Source of the DNA: Octopus bimaculoides
Lineage: Eukaryota
Reading direction: 5' to 3'
Assembly: GCF_001194135.2 (NCBI RefSeq)
Contig: NC_068996.1
Coordinates: 37,407,103 to 37,442,902, forward strand
DNA length: 35,800 bases
The notes beneath the pieces were generated by a model. It made no database searches and was not told where the DNA came from. It worked only from the letters and a program-made list of their open reading frames with translations. The position numbers and the translations under genes are program-made. Positions 11,320 to 21,227 of the stretch are shown here, in pieces (position 1 is the first letter of the stretch; each line of letters starts with the position of its first letter).

Positions 11320-11712
11320 CTTTTACTCGTTTCAGTCATTTGATTGCAGCCATGCTAGAGCACCACCTTAAAGGGTTTTCTAGTCATAAAAATCAACCCC
11401 AGGATGTATTCTTTGTAAACCTAGGACTTATTATGTCACTTTTGCCGAGTTGCTAAGTTACAGGTACATAAACACACCAACATCAGTGTCGAGCGATGGT
11501 GCTGAGGACAAACACGTACATAAATATATATATATATATTTATATATACGATGGGCTTCGTTCAGTTTCCATCTACCAAATCCACTCACAAGGCTTTTGG
11601 TTAGCCCAAGGCCATAGTAGAAGACACTTGCCCAAGGTGCCATGCGGTAGGACTGAACCCAGAACCATGTGGTTGGGAAGCAAGCTTCTTACCACACAGT
11701 CACCTGCAGCTA
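11320..11712 (-). mobile_element. CORE-type SINE, head + tail, tail-to-tail with the preceding copy
   Basis: ttttactcgtttcagtcatttgattgcagccatgct.. and ..agacacttgcccaaggtgc..cttaccacacag are reverse complements of the family consensus seen elsewhere in the window. Confidence 0.8.
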
Positions 11713-11793
11713 TGCAGGAGATTTTGTTTTTGTTTTTTATTTGTTTTTTCTTCAAAATAACATTTATTTATGTATATTATTTTCAAATAACAG

Positions 11794-11984
11794 AAAAAAG
11801 GAGCAGAACAAGTGTCCTCCAGTCATGAATCTGCTTTCGCCATTGCTCTCGTTGCTGTTGGTTTGTGGCAGAATTTTCCTGAATTTGGTGAACTACTATT
11901 GGCTAACTTCTACCTCAGTTGTCCTTACATAGTACCATACTACATTCCCAAACAGGACGGCCAAAGCACAGACGAGTACCATAA
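11794..11984 (+). CDS. GLE1: GLE1 coding exon (penultimate): KKGAEQVSSSHESAFAIALVAVGLW...CPYIVPYY...DEYH
   Basis: aataacag acceptor, gttagt donor at 11985 (phase 2). Matches human [50 protein letters not shown]. In frame with both neighbouring exons. Confidence 0.93.
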
Positions 11985-12009
11985 GTTAGTAGACAATTTT
12001 CTTGTATAT

Positions 12010-12219
12010 CAACTCCACCATCATTACCACAACCACCATCATTGTCCCCCTCCTCCTCCTCCTCCTCCTCCTCATCATCATCATCATCATCATCATCATC
12101 CCCACTGCTACTACAGCCACGACTATGACATCAATCATTATCACCACCCCCACCCATCATTACCACCAGGATCTGTATCACCATTACCTCTAACATCTCC
12201 ACCATTATCATCATCCGTT

Positions 12220-12256
<37 letters not shown>

Positions 12257-12300
12257 CTATCATTGTCATAACCACCACCATCATTGTCATCATCATATTA
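12010..12300. repeat. Compound (CAC/CCT/CAT)n microsatellite
   Basis: Directly visible; produces spurious poly-Pro/His/Ile ORFs. Confidence 0.9.
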
Positions 12301-12863
12301 CCATGATCATCGTTGTTTTTAAACAGAAATATTTCTCTGCTATCATGGATAAGGTGGGTTTGCCATACAACTTTCTTTTTCTTTGTCTTTTCTTCTGTAT
12401 GGCTCAGTACCTTGACATCTGATTTTGTTTCCACACAAGAAACGTTGCCAGGCACATTTACATGTCCAATCCCCATCACAGTCATATCTTCTGAACGTGT
12501 CAGCTGATTGCATTTAAGATTTGCTTCCCATGCTGACTTATGCTCTGCTTTTTTTCACACAGAATGTGTAATGGGTGACAATTACACTTCACTAATGTCA
12601 GTACCAGATAAAACAAAAAAACATCCAGTGCACAGTATAAAGTGGTTGGTGTTAGCATGGGTGTCCAACCAATGGAAATTTGCCAAAGCAGACTTTGGAA
12701 CTTGATGCTAGTCCCTGGTTCACCAGCTCCTGTTGTCATGTTGTAGCCATGATTGTCATTGTCATTGCGATGGCATCACATTACTGAAGACTGTGCCTTG
12801 GAATCCACTTGTACACTGCTTTCATGACAATATCTCTTAATTCCCATCAACAGTTATTTATTT

Positions 12864-13080
12864 GCTGGCAGAGTTGTTAGCACGCCAGGCGAAATGCTTT
12901 GCGCTATTTCATCTGCCGCTACATTCTGAGTTCAAATTCTGTCGAGGTTGACTTAGTCTTTCATCCTTTTGGGAGTCAATAAATTAAGTACCAGTTGAGT
13001 ACTGGGGTTGATGTAGTCAACTATTCCCCTCTCCCAAATTTCAGGCCTTGTGCCTATAGTAGAAAGGATTATTATTATTA
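12864..13080 (+). mobile_element. Second tRNA-derived SINE family (Nin-like central domain), (ATT)n tail
   Basis: gctggcagagttgttagcacgccaggcgaaatgc..ctgagttcaaattc..ctttcatccttttgggagtcaataaattaagtaccag..actggggttgatgta. The domain name is from memory. Confidence 0.7.
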
Positions 13081-13177
13081 GTAGTAGTAGAGAAGTGTCA
13101 CATTACTGAAGATTGTCTCTTTGGATTCATGTGTACCACATTACTGATAATAATATTTAACAGTAGCGAAATCTGTT

Positions 13178-13229
<52 letters not shown>

Positions 13230-13494
13230 GGAAACCCCAAAATGGCAGAAATTCAAAAGATAGCACTCATGGGAACTGCCCATATCCTACGTAAAATACT
13301 GTCTATGTAATCTCAAATTTTAAAACAAACTTATAATTTTACTATGTGCAAAACCAAATATATGACACCCTAGGCATAACACTAACTTGAACTTCTAAGT
13401 TGTTGTCTCTTGAGGCCTTTGGGTGAGACTTGGAGTCAACTTGTACAAATACAAAGCAAAAGTCAAACATAATAATAATAATGATAATAATAAT
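13230..13494 (+). mobile_element. 5'-truncated R4/Dong-clade LINE 3' end in a (TAA)n tract
   Basis: GNPKMAEIQKIALMGTAHILRKILSM* (13230-13310) is typical of the R4/Dong ORF end. 3' UTR then (TAA)n; preceded by about 16 TAA units. Confidence 0.8.
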
Positions 13495-14397
13495 GGTTTC
13501 AAATTTTGGCACAAGTCNNNNNNNNNNNNNNNNNNNNNNNNNNNNNNNNNNNNNNNNNNNNNNNNNNNNNNNNNNNNNNNNNNNNNNNNNNNNNNNNNNN
13601 NNNNNNNNNNNNNNNNNNNNNNNNNNNNNNNNNNNNNNNNNNNNNNNNNNNNNNNNNNNNNNNNNNNNNNNNNNNNNNNNNNNNNNNNNNNNNNNNNNNN
13701 NNNNNNNNNNNNNNNNNNNNNNNNNNNNNNNNNNNNNNNNNNNNNNNNNNNNNNNNNNNNNNNNNNNNNNNNNNNNNNNNNNNNNNNNNNNNNNNNNNNN
13801 NNNNNNNNNNNNNNNNNNNNNNNNNNNNNNNNNNNNNNNNNNNNNNNNNNNNNNNNNNNNNNNNNNNNNNNNNNNNNNNNNNNNNNNNNNNNNNNNNNNN
13901 NNNNNNNNNNNNNNNNNNNNNNNNNNNNNNNNNNNNNNNNNNNNNNNNNNNNNNNNNNNNNNNNNNNNNNNNNNNNNNNNNNNNNNNNNNNNNNNNNNNN
14001 NNNNNNNNNNNNNNNNNNNNNNNNNNNNNNNNNNNNNNNNNNNNNNNNNNNNNNNNNNNNNNNNNNNNNNNNNNNNNNNNNNNNNNNNNNNNNNNNNNNN
14101 NNNNNNNNNNNNNNNNNNNNNNNNNNNNNNNNNNNNNNNNNNNNNNNNNNNNNNNNNNNNNNNNNNNNNNNNNNNNNNNNNNNNNNNNNNNNNNNNNNNN
14201 NNNNNNNNNNNNNNNNNNNNNNNNNNNNNNNNNNNNNNNNNNNNNNNNNNNNNNNNNNNNNNNNNNNNNNNNNNNNNNNNNNNNNNNNNNNNNNNNNNNN
14301 NNNNNNNNNNNNNNNNNNNNNNNNNNNNNNNNNNNNNNNNNNNNNNNNNNNNNNNNNNNNNNNNNNNNNNNNNNNNNNNNNNNNNNNNNNNNNNNNN

Positions 14398-14493
14398 GTT
14401 GTTGTCTCTTGAGGCCTTTGGGTGAGACTTGGAGTCAACTTGTACAAATACAAAGCAAAAGTCAAACATAATAATAATAATGATAATAATAAT
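14398..14493 (+). repeat. Exact 96-bp duplicate of 13399-13494 on the far side of a gap
   Basis: Identical base for base, including the taatgataat interruption in the tail. Confidence 0.85.
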
Positions 14494-16677
14494 AGATTCT
14501 CTCTGGTCGAACACAACTTCTCTACTCACAAATAATACAGAACAGAGTAAGTCGGCCCTTCCTTAATTTTTCTTTTCAAAGTCACTGTTGCTGTTGATCG
14601 CTGCTAGTAGTAGTAGACATTTGAACTCTTTTTGACTGATCCCATCCCATCCCCCCCCCAAAAAAAATACATGAGCTGCACTTACTGCTACTGCTGTTGC
14701 TGTTGCTACTACTGCTGCTGTCACTACTACTATTATTACTACCACTGCTGCTGCTGCCACTACTGCTACTACTACTATTGCTACTACTGCTACTTGTACT
14801 GCTACTGTTGCTGCTGCCACTACTACTACTACTATTACCACTGCTGCTGCTGATAGTGATATTGCTGTTGCTACTACGATTACTGGTACTGTTGCTAATG
14901 ATGATAAATGCGGCCCCTGTATGAAGATTAGTGGTTAAAAAAAAATACATAAAATATATAATAAATAAATAAAAATTTCTTTTTAAAAAATGAAAATTTA
15001 ATAATAATTTGACTTTACTTAAAACAGTACACCGAATCGCTTGTCCAATAGTTATTCTGGAAGCATGCCTGTCAGCTTGATGGCGAAAAATTTTCAAATG
15101 GCAGAATATCTTCCCTGAATACGAGCCTGGAAGGTCACTTAAATGGGATTTGTACCAAATTAAGCCCCCAAAGTTCACCACCACAACGACCACAAAATCA
15201 AAAATGTAAAAGAACTAAATGGAACCGGGAAGAATATAAAGAAGTAATATACGCTTATTACTTTGCATTAAGTAGGCCAACCCAAGAGAAACACACCGCA
15301 AACTCCTACAAAATTTGGAGGAGCCGGAATCCAGCTAGCAGACCAAATCTAGATGAAAACAGATTAGCAAATGTTAGAAGAGATATCTTCAGAAATACCA
15401 GACTCACAGATGCAGAATTAACCTCTATTAAAAATGTGGTAGAGAATGACCTAAATATAAGTCAGGAAAGAAATAACAAAGCAGGAGAGGAATGTTGGAC
15501 CACAAGCATTGACTAAAAGGCGACCATCTGCCGAAACCACTCAAGAGCCCGAAGAAAAAGGAAAATATAATGACCCTAGAAAAAACAGCCAGGAAAATGA
15601 TGTCGAAAGAGAATTTGAAGACCACATATTTGCTGAACAACACAGAAAATCTATCTTTGAAATGAAGCAGGAAGTTCTGAATGAGCTTTCATTTGTAGGG
15701 CATACAAATATGGATGATAGGGAACCACTCCATAAACTCTCAAATGCACACCAGCATAAAACGAAAATAAAAATTGGCAACTGTGTTACACAAGAGATCA
15801 TACAATAACTAAAACCCGATCTTAATAAGTTAAATGAAATTATTTACTCTGTTGCTAAGGTAATCGAAAGATGCTGTTTAACACCCAAAAAGCCAACAAT
15901 ACCAAATTCGAAAAGAAAATCAAACTAGAGAAGTAGAATTGAAACTGAGATTGAATCATTCTGAAGAAAAATATCAATATTAACTGAGCTAATCTCTGGA
16001 AACGGTGTAAGATCAAGAAAAGGCAGAAAGATTGTGAGAAAATATGGACTCTCAACAAGAGAAGAACTAATGTCAGCGAATGAAACACTTAAACAAAAAG
16101 TTCTAGCAAAAGCTCAGAGAATACGCAGATTTGAGAAAATAATTAAATTCTACAAGCAAAATAAGATGTTCAAATCCAATGCCAAATCATTTTACAGAGA
16201 AATAGGGAAAGAAAAAAATAACCATTAAAAATCCATCCCTAATGGAAGAAGTTTTGGAAAGGGATCTGGAGTGATGAGAAACCTTACAATGAAAACGTAG
16301 ACTGGATCAAACGCACCCAAGACACCTACAAAAATCTACAAGAACAGGTATGGGAAGACATCTCAATCGCCAATCTAAGGAGGGCACTAACGAAGGCTCA
16401 TAAGTGGAAATCCCCTAGTATTGATAGAGTACTAAATTTCTGGCTCTCATCACTCTCGTCTGCACACAAAATGTTAGTAATACTATTTAATAGTATTATG
16501 AAAGACCCAGAAAAAACTCTCCATTGGATGGCAAATGGTATTACTTACCTCCTCCCCAAAAATAACGAAGCCAAAGACCAAAAAAAACTACCAGCCTATA
16601 ACATGTTTGTCTACTACCTATAAGATTTTGACATCTATTCTAGTGGAGAAAACATATACATTTATGGAAGAGATTCA
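14494..16677 (+). mobile_element. R4/Dong-clade LINE, 5' portion (UTR with CTA/CTG repeats, N-terminal domain, start of RT), decayed
   Basis: KWNREEYKEVIYAYY..RPNLDENRLANVRRDI; KAQRIRRFEK..KQNKMFKSNAKSFYREI; WKSPSIDRVLNFWL; KNYQPITCLSTTYKILTSIL. Stops and frameshifts. The 5' boundary is approximate. Confidence 0.8.
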
Positions 16678-16905
16678 AATATTGTTTCTTAACTTGTCCT
16701 GTTTTCAGTTTTCTATTCTACTTACATCTTCTCTTACAGTTTTCATGTTATTTTCTAATCTCTTTTTCTACATCTGCTCCTTCTTATTGTTTCCTTGAAG
16801 AATACCTAGTCTGCTAATAGCTACTATTTCTCCTGCATAGATCAATAAGTTAATGTCACTTATATTTTCAATATCAATCCTACTGATAACAGCATCTACT
16901 TATTA
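16678..16905 (-). mobile_element. Older R4/Dong-like N-terminal fragment in the opposite orientation
   Basis: Reverse translation VDAVISRIDIENISDINLLIYAGEIVAISRLG...KKRLENNMKTVREDVSRIE, with stops. Confidence 0.65.
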
Positions 16906-16910
16906 TTATT

Positions 16911-17262
16911 GCAGTGAGTTTGCAGAATTGTTAGTATGCCAGGCAAAATGCTCAGCAGCATTTCAATCATTTTTACATTCTGAGTCCAAATTCTGCCATG
17001 GTTGATTTTTGCCTTTCATCCTTTCAGGGTTGAGCTCTAGAGTTGATGTAATTGACTTACCCATCCCCTGAAATTATTGGCCTTGTAAGATGGTTGGTAT
17101 TAAGAAATGTATCCAGCCATAAAAACCCTGCCAAAACTGACAGTGAAGCATGGTGCAGTCTTTTGGCTTGCCAGCTTCTGTCAAACCATCCAACCCATGC
17201 CAGCATGGAAAGCAGATGTTAAATTATGATGGTGGTGGTGTGCCAAAATTTGAAACCATCAT
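16911..17262 (+). mobile_element. Nin-like SINE interrupted by an RTE-type 3' end (17087-17241)
   Basis: Removing 17087-17241 restores ggccttgt|gccaaaatttgaaacc. Possible TGT duplication at the junctions. Confidence 0.7.
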
Positions 17263-17574
17263 CCTTTATTATTATTGTGATATCATAGTGAAGACTATGT
17301 CTGGATTCCTTGTACCTTATTCTGAACAACCACATCAGTTAATTCCCCTCATTTAGCAGTAATTAGATGTGACATAATTGTTATCTATCATTATTTCTAA
17401 TACTGTCATATCATACTGATGATTGTGACTTTGGATTCATTTGTACTTCATTGCTGACAATAACATCAGTCAATTCCCCTGCAGGTCTTTCATTAAACTA
17501 TAGTTACAGTCTTAAAGGATGAAAATATAATTTTTTTTTTCTGCCATAATATGAAGAACCCATCCCCACCCCCA

Positions 17575-17613
<39 letters not shown>

Positions 17614-18028
17614 TAATATGTTTTAGCCATTTTAACCTACTTTATTATTTATTTATATAGCTGAAATATAACTGTTTATGTTTATCATGTTCAGATCTGA
17701 CAATGACCTTGAAAAATACTTTGATCTGCCATTCACCTTAACTACAGTTTCCACTCAGCTTTCATAATGGCATGCAATAACAAAATGCAATAGCAGTCAT
17801 TCAGTAAAATGGTAGCAGATATTGACCATTTACTGATTTGCTCACTGAATTAAATTAACATTTTTGTAATAGATTTGAGAATCATTTACATTTTTTTCAT
17901 GTTTAATAATCAATATAGTTTCAGTCTGACCAGGCAATGTCTACTTTACGTACACAAGTAGATCATTATTGATATATATGTGTGTATGTATATATGTATG
18001 TATGTGTGTATATATCTATGTGTGTGTG

Positions 18029-18076
<48 letters not shown>

Positions 18077-18077
<1 letters not shown>

Positions 18078-18355
18078 AAATTTTCAGAATGAGACAAAAA
18101 TCCAAAGCTGTGAAAGATTTTAGAACATTTATAAATAGGTCTTATAGCTATTTCCGAGATATTTTATATATCCCTTCATCAGAGATAGTGTGAGAAGATG
18201 GTTTTTATATATACACATGCTGATATATGACATACATTAGACTCCTCATTCGCATAATCACCGAACCTGGAGCTTAACTATAGTCTGTCCATAGCACTTA
18301 CTCAGCATTACCTGACACCTTTTGGGTCTTATTGACACCATTACCTCTCATAACC

Positions 18356-18356
<1 letters not shown>
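18077..18356 (-). mobile_element. Short pLTR/retrozyme-like unit between (TA)n tracts, related to 311-661
   Basis: Shares agcacttac(t/c)cagcat with the reverse complement of the 311-420 head, and has the same head-then-hammerhead order. Confidence 0.55.
18140..18185 (-). ncRNA. Minimal type-I hammerhead ribozyme, intact CUGAUGA core
   Basis: Reverse complement TCT-CTGATGA-A-GGGATAT-ATAAA-ATATCTC-G-GAAA-T-AGCT-A-TA|AGA. Palindrome ATAGCTAT, AUA site, A.G mismatch closing stem II. Confidence 0.7.
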
Positions 18357-18388
<32 letters not shown>

Positions 18389-18602
18389 GTATGTAACTAT
18401 GCCCAAGGATCATGGTATATGAAGAAAGTGGACTTCAAGCAATCTGTAGAAAATATGTAAAAACAACTTTCAGGAAAAATAGTGGTTTATTGGGGTGGAA
18501 GGTTGTAGGGTTTTTTTCCATATTGAAGTATGATAAGCTGAAAAATATTATTTGAAATTTCACAGTAGGTTACCAGGTATGCAAATAAAAATCCAAAAGT
18601 TA

Positions 18603-19006
18603 AGGAATGGAGTAGATAAAATCTGGGCTACATATGTTTCATAGCGAGTGGGACCTTGGAAGTGGTAAATATCCCTGCAAGGTGTATACTGCAGCAGTCT
18701 GTAGTATACACCTCACTGCAGTGCGGTGTATACTTCAGGCCAAGAGTATCTTGATTAAATGAAGCTTACTTTATTGTTAGGAGGCCCATGTTAACACAAG
18801 GAGGATTTTGTAAGAATGCATAGAGAGCACAGTTTTAGTGGAGTATATAATTGTGAAGAGAAATTAGGAATATAAGAAAAGAAGAAAAGATATAATCAAG
18901 ATACCATTGGTCTGAAGAGTAGCCTGCGGTACACACTTTACTTGGATATTTACCGTTCCGCTCGCTATGAAACATATGTAGCCTGGAGTTTATCTTTCCC
19001 ATTCCT
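18603..19006. mobile_element. Inverted repeat (18603-18757 / 18893-19006), each arm carrying a hammerhead motif
   Basis: ggctacatatgtttcatagcgag..ggtaaatatcc..tcttgatta is mirrored. The left arm has an extra internal hairpin ggtgtatact..agtatacacc. Confidence 0.7.
18909..18983 (+). ncRNA. Type-I hammerhead ribozyme, sense to the GLE1 pre-mRNA
   Basis: GGT-CTGAAGA-GTAGC..GCTAT-GAAA-C-ATAT-G-TA|GCC. Stem II extended by GCGG/CCGC. Palindrome ACATATGT; predicted cleavage after 18980. Confidence 0.72.
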
Positions 19007-19022
19007 CTCCCTCTCCCTCTCC

Positions 19023-19086
<64 letters not shown>

Positions 19087-19291
19087 CATACATACATATA
19101 TATNNNNNNNNNNNNNNNNNNNNNNNNNNNNNNNNNNNNNNNNNNNNNNNNNNNNNNNNNNNNNNNNNNNNNNNNNNNNNNNNNNNNNNNNNNNNNNNNN
19201 NNNNNNNNNNNNNNNNNNNNNNNNNNNNNNNNNNNNNNNNNNNNNNNNNNNNNNNNNNNNNNNNNNNNNNNNATATATATATGTGTGTGTG

Positions 19292-19568
19292 TATGTATAT
19301 AGCAATAAGAAAATGGAGGGGAATAGGTGGTATTCATCAATTTGCAGACATTGTATTGTGTCAATTTACCTGTTTATTTTTTAACTAAGAGGACAATAAT
19401 AACACATGTGACATATTATGTCATATCAGTAATTAAAAAAGGACATCTAGTTACCGAAAATGGGACAATGACTTACAGCTGTTTCAGTCTAGAGGTGACA
19501 TGCCTCATTCTATCTATATAACTCCAGTAGGCTGAAGTAATTGATGGATGAAATAGAGGTACATGGAT
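19292..19568 (-). mobile_element. Inverted homolog of about 724-1010
   Basis: Colinear reverse-complement match over about 280 bp with scattered substitutions. Confidence 0.85.
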
Positions 19569-19955
19569 GATTCTCTAGGCCTCTTCAGAGATTTTTTATA
19601 AAGTTCATGAAGTTAATTTAAAATATCCAAATATAAACATAAAAAATCGTAAAAACACACATATGCATACTTTAACATATATAGATATACATAAATATAC
19701 ATAAATACATATATGTACATTGAAATGTACATACACAAATGTCTATACATGCACACCAATGAGTCAATTATTACTGTTATTATACATGAGGAGGACACAT
19801 ATATATGCACCCACCCAAACATACATACATACACATATGTATACATAAACATTTCCATACAGACATGTTCCCTGGTACATACGCATTAGTTTCGTTTGGA
19901 AAGGAGGAGCTGTGCATTGGTTCCTATCACTATATTTCCAGCAAAATGTCCAGAC

Positions 19956-19989
<34 letters not shown>

Positions 19990-19992
19990 CAG

Positions 19993-20203
19993 AAACCTAT
20001 TGAGTACGTACGTGTCAATCATGTTTGTAATAGAGGAATTTATAGAAATAATTTATACAATAGTTCTCCATAAGCAGAAAAATAACGGAGTAACTCATCA
20101 CAGGTCTATAGAAGTCCGGATATTATTGTAACAATTCTCACAAACTATTTGTATAAATTCCTCTATTACAAACATAACTGACATGTACATACCCCATAGG
20201 TTT
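19993..20203. repeat. About 210-bp foldback with about 50-bp inverted arms (24 bp perfect)
   Basis: atgtttgtaatagaggaatttata (20021-20044) / tataaattcctctattacaaacat (20152-20175), extending imperfectly outward. Confidence 0.75.
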
Positions 20204-20425
20204 AAATGGAATAACATTTAAGAGTCCAATCATTATTGTTGTTCTGTTTTCAGTTTTGTAGTCTTTCTCTTTCTCACAATATTTTCTAATGGAGGTAATG
20301 ATTTTTTTAGTATTTGCACTCTTTGATTTTCTCGATGTTTCCTATTCAAGTGATCACCAGGTATAGAAATTATAAAGATATAAAAATATGTCATTTGTAT
20401 GTGGAGATGACATTTTCATCACTCA

Positions 20426-20457
<32 letters not shown>

Positions 20458-20667
20458 TGCATGAAAATGTGTGTTCAAACATCAAATACCTCCTCCATAC
20501 TCCTAATCAAAGCCATTGTTTCCACAAGGAGGACGGATGTTTTGACAGAATATGTGTGTATATGTGTATTTGTCTCTGTGTGTATGTGTGTACATTAAAA
20601 ATTACAAACCTAAGAGAAAAGCACTCAGAGTAGAGTGCAATACATGAAAGCAATCTCAAAAAATTAT

Positions 20668-20698
<31 letters not shown>

Positions 20699-20822
20699 TG
20701 TTCAATATCAAAGATCCCACACACACACACTCGTACACACATTTGATAAGTGATTATCTCCTAAGAGAAACAAGGGAAAGAGGTGGCTCACAGAATTTAT
20801 TTATATATACATATATATATAT

Positions 20823-20990
20823 AGGTGCAGGAGTGGCTGTGTGGTAAGTAGCTTGCTTACCAACCACATGATTCCAGGTTCAGTCCCACTGCGCAGCACC
20901 TTGGGCAAGTGTCTTCTACTATAGCCTCAGGCTGACCAAAGCCTTGTGAGTGGATTTGGTAAACGGTAACTGAAAGAAGCCTGTCATATA
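20823..20990 (+). mobile_element. CORE-type SINE head, well conserved
   Basis: gcaggagtggctgtgtggtaag..caggttcagtccc..accttgggcaagtgtctt..gaaagaagcctgtc. Confidence 0.85.
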
Positions 20991-20997
20991 TATGTAT

Positions 20998-21215
20998 CAT
21001 CATCATCATCGTTTAATGTCCGCTTTCCATGCTAGCATGGGTTGAACGATTTGACTGAGAACTGGTGAGCCAGATGGCTGCACCAGGCTCCAATGTGAGC
21101 TGGCAGAGTTTCTACAGCTGGATGCCCTTCCTAACGCCAACCACTCCGAGAGTGTAGTGGCTGCTTTTACATGCCACCAGCACGAGGGTCAGTCAGGCAG
21201 TACTTGCAACGCCCA
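20998..21215 (-). mobile_element. RTE-type 3' end
   Basis: catcatcatcgtttaatgtccgctttccatgctagc..gatgcccttcctaacgccaaccac. Confidence 0.8.
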
Positions 21216-21227
21216 CCCATGTATTAT

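Noticed and set aside
11985-12306. Poly-Pro/His/Ile extension of the ORF at 11812
   Set aside because: Read-through past the gttagt donor into a trinucleotide microsatellite; GLE1 homology resumes at 28046.
14563-14924. Cys/Tyr-, Leu-, Ser- and Val/Ala-rich ORFs
   Set aside because: CTA/CTG trinucleotide repeats; all frames are low complexity.
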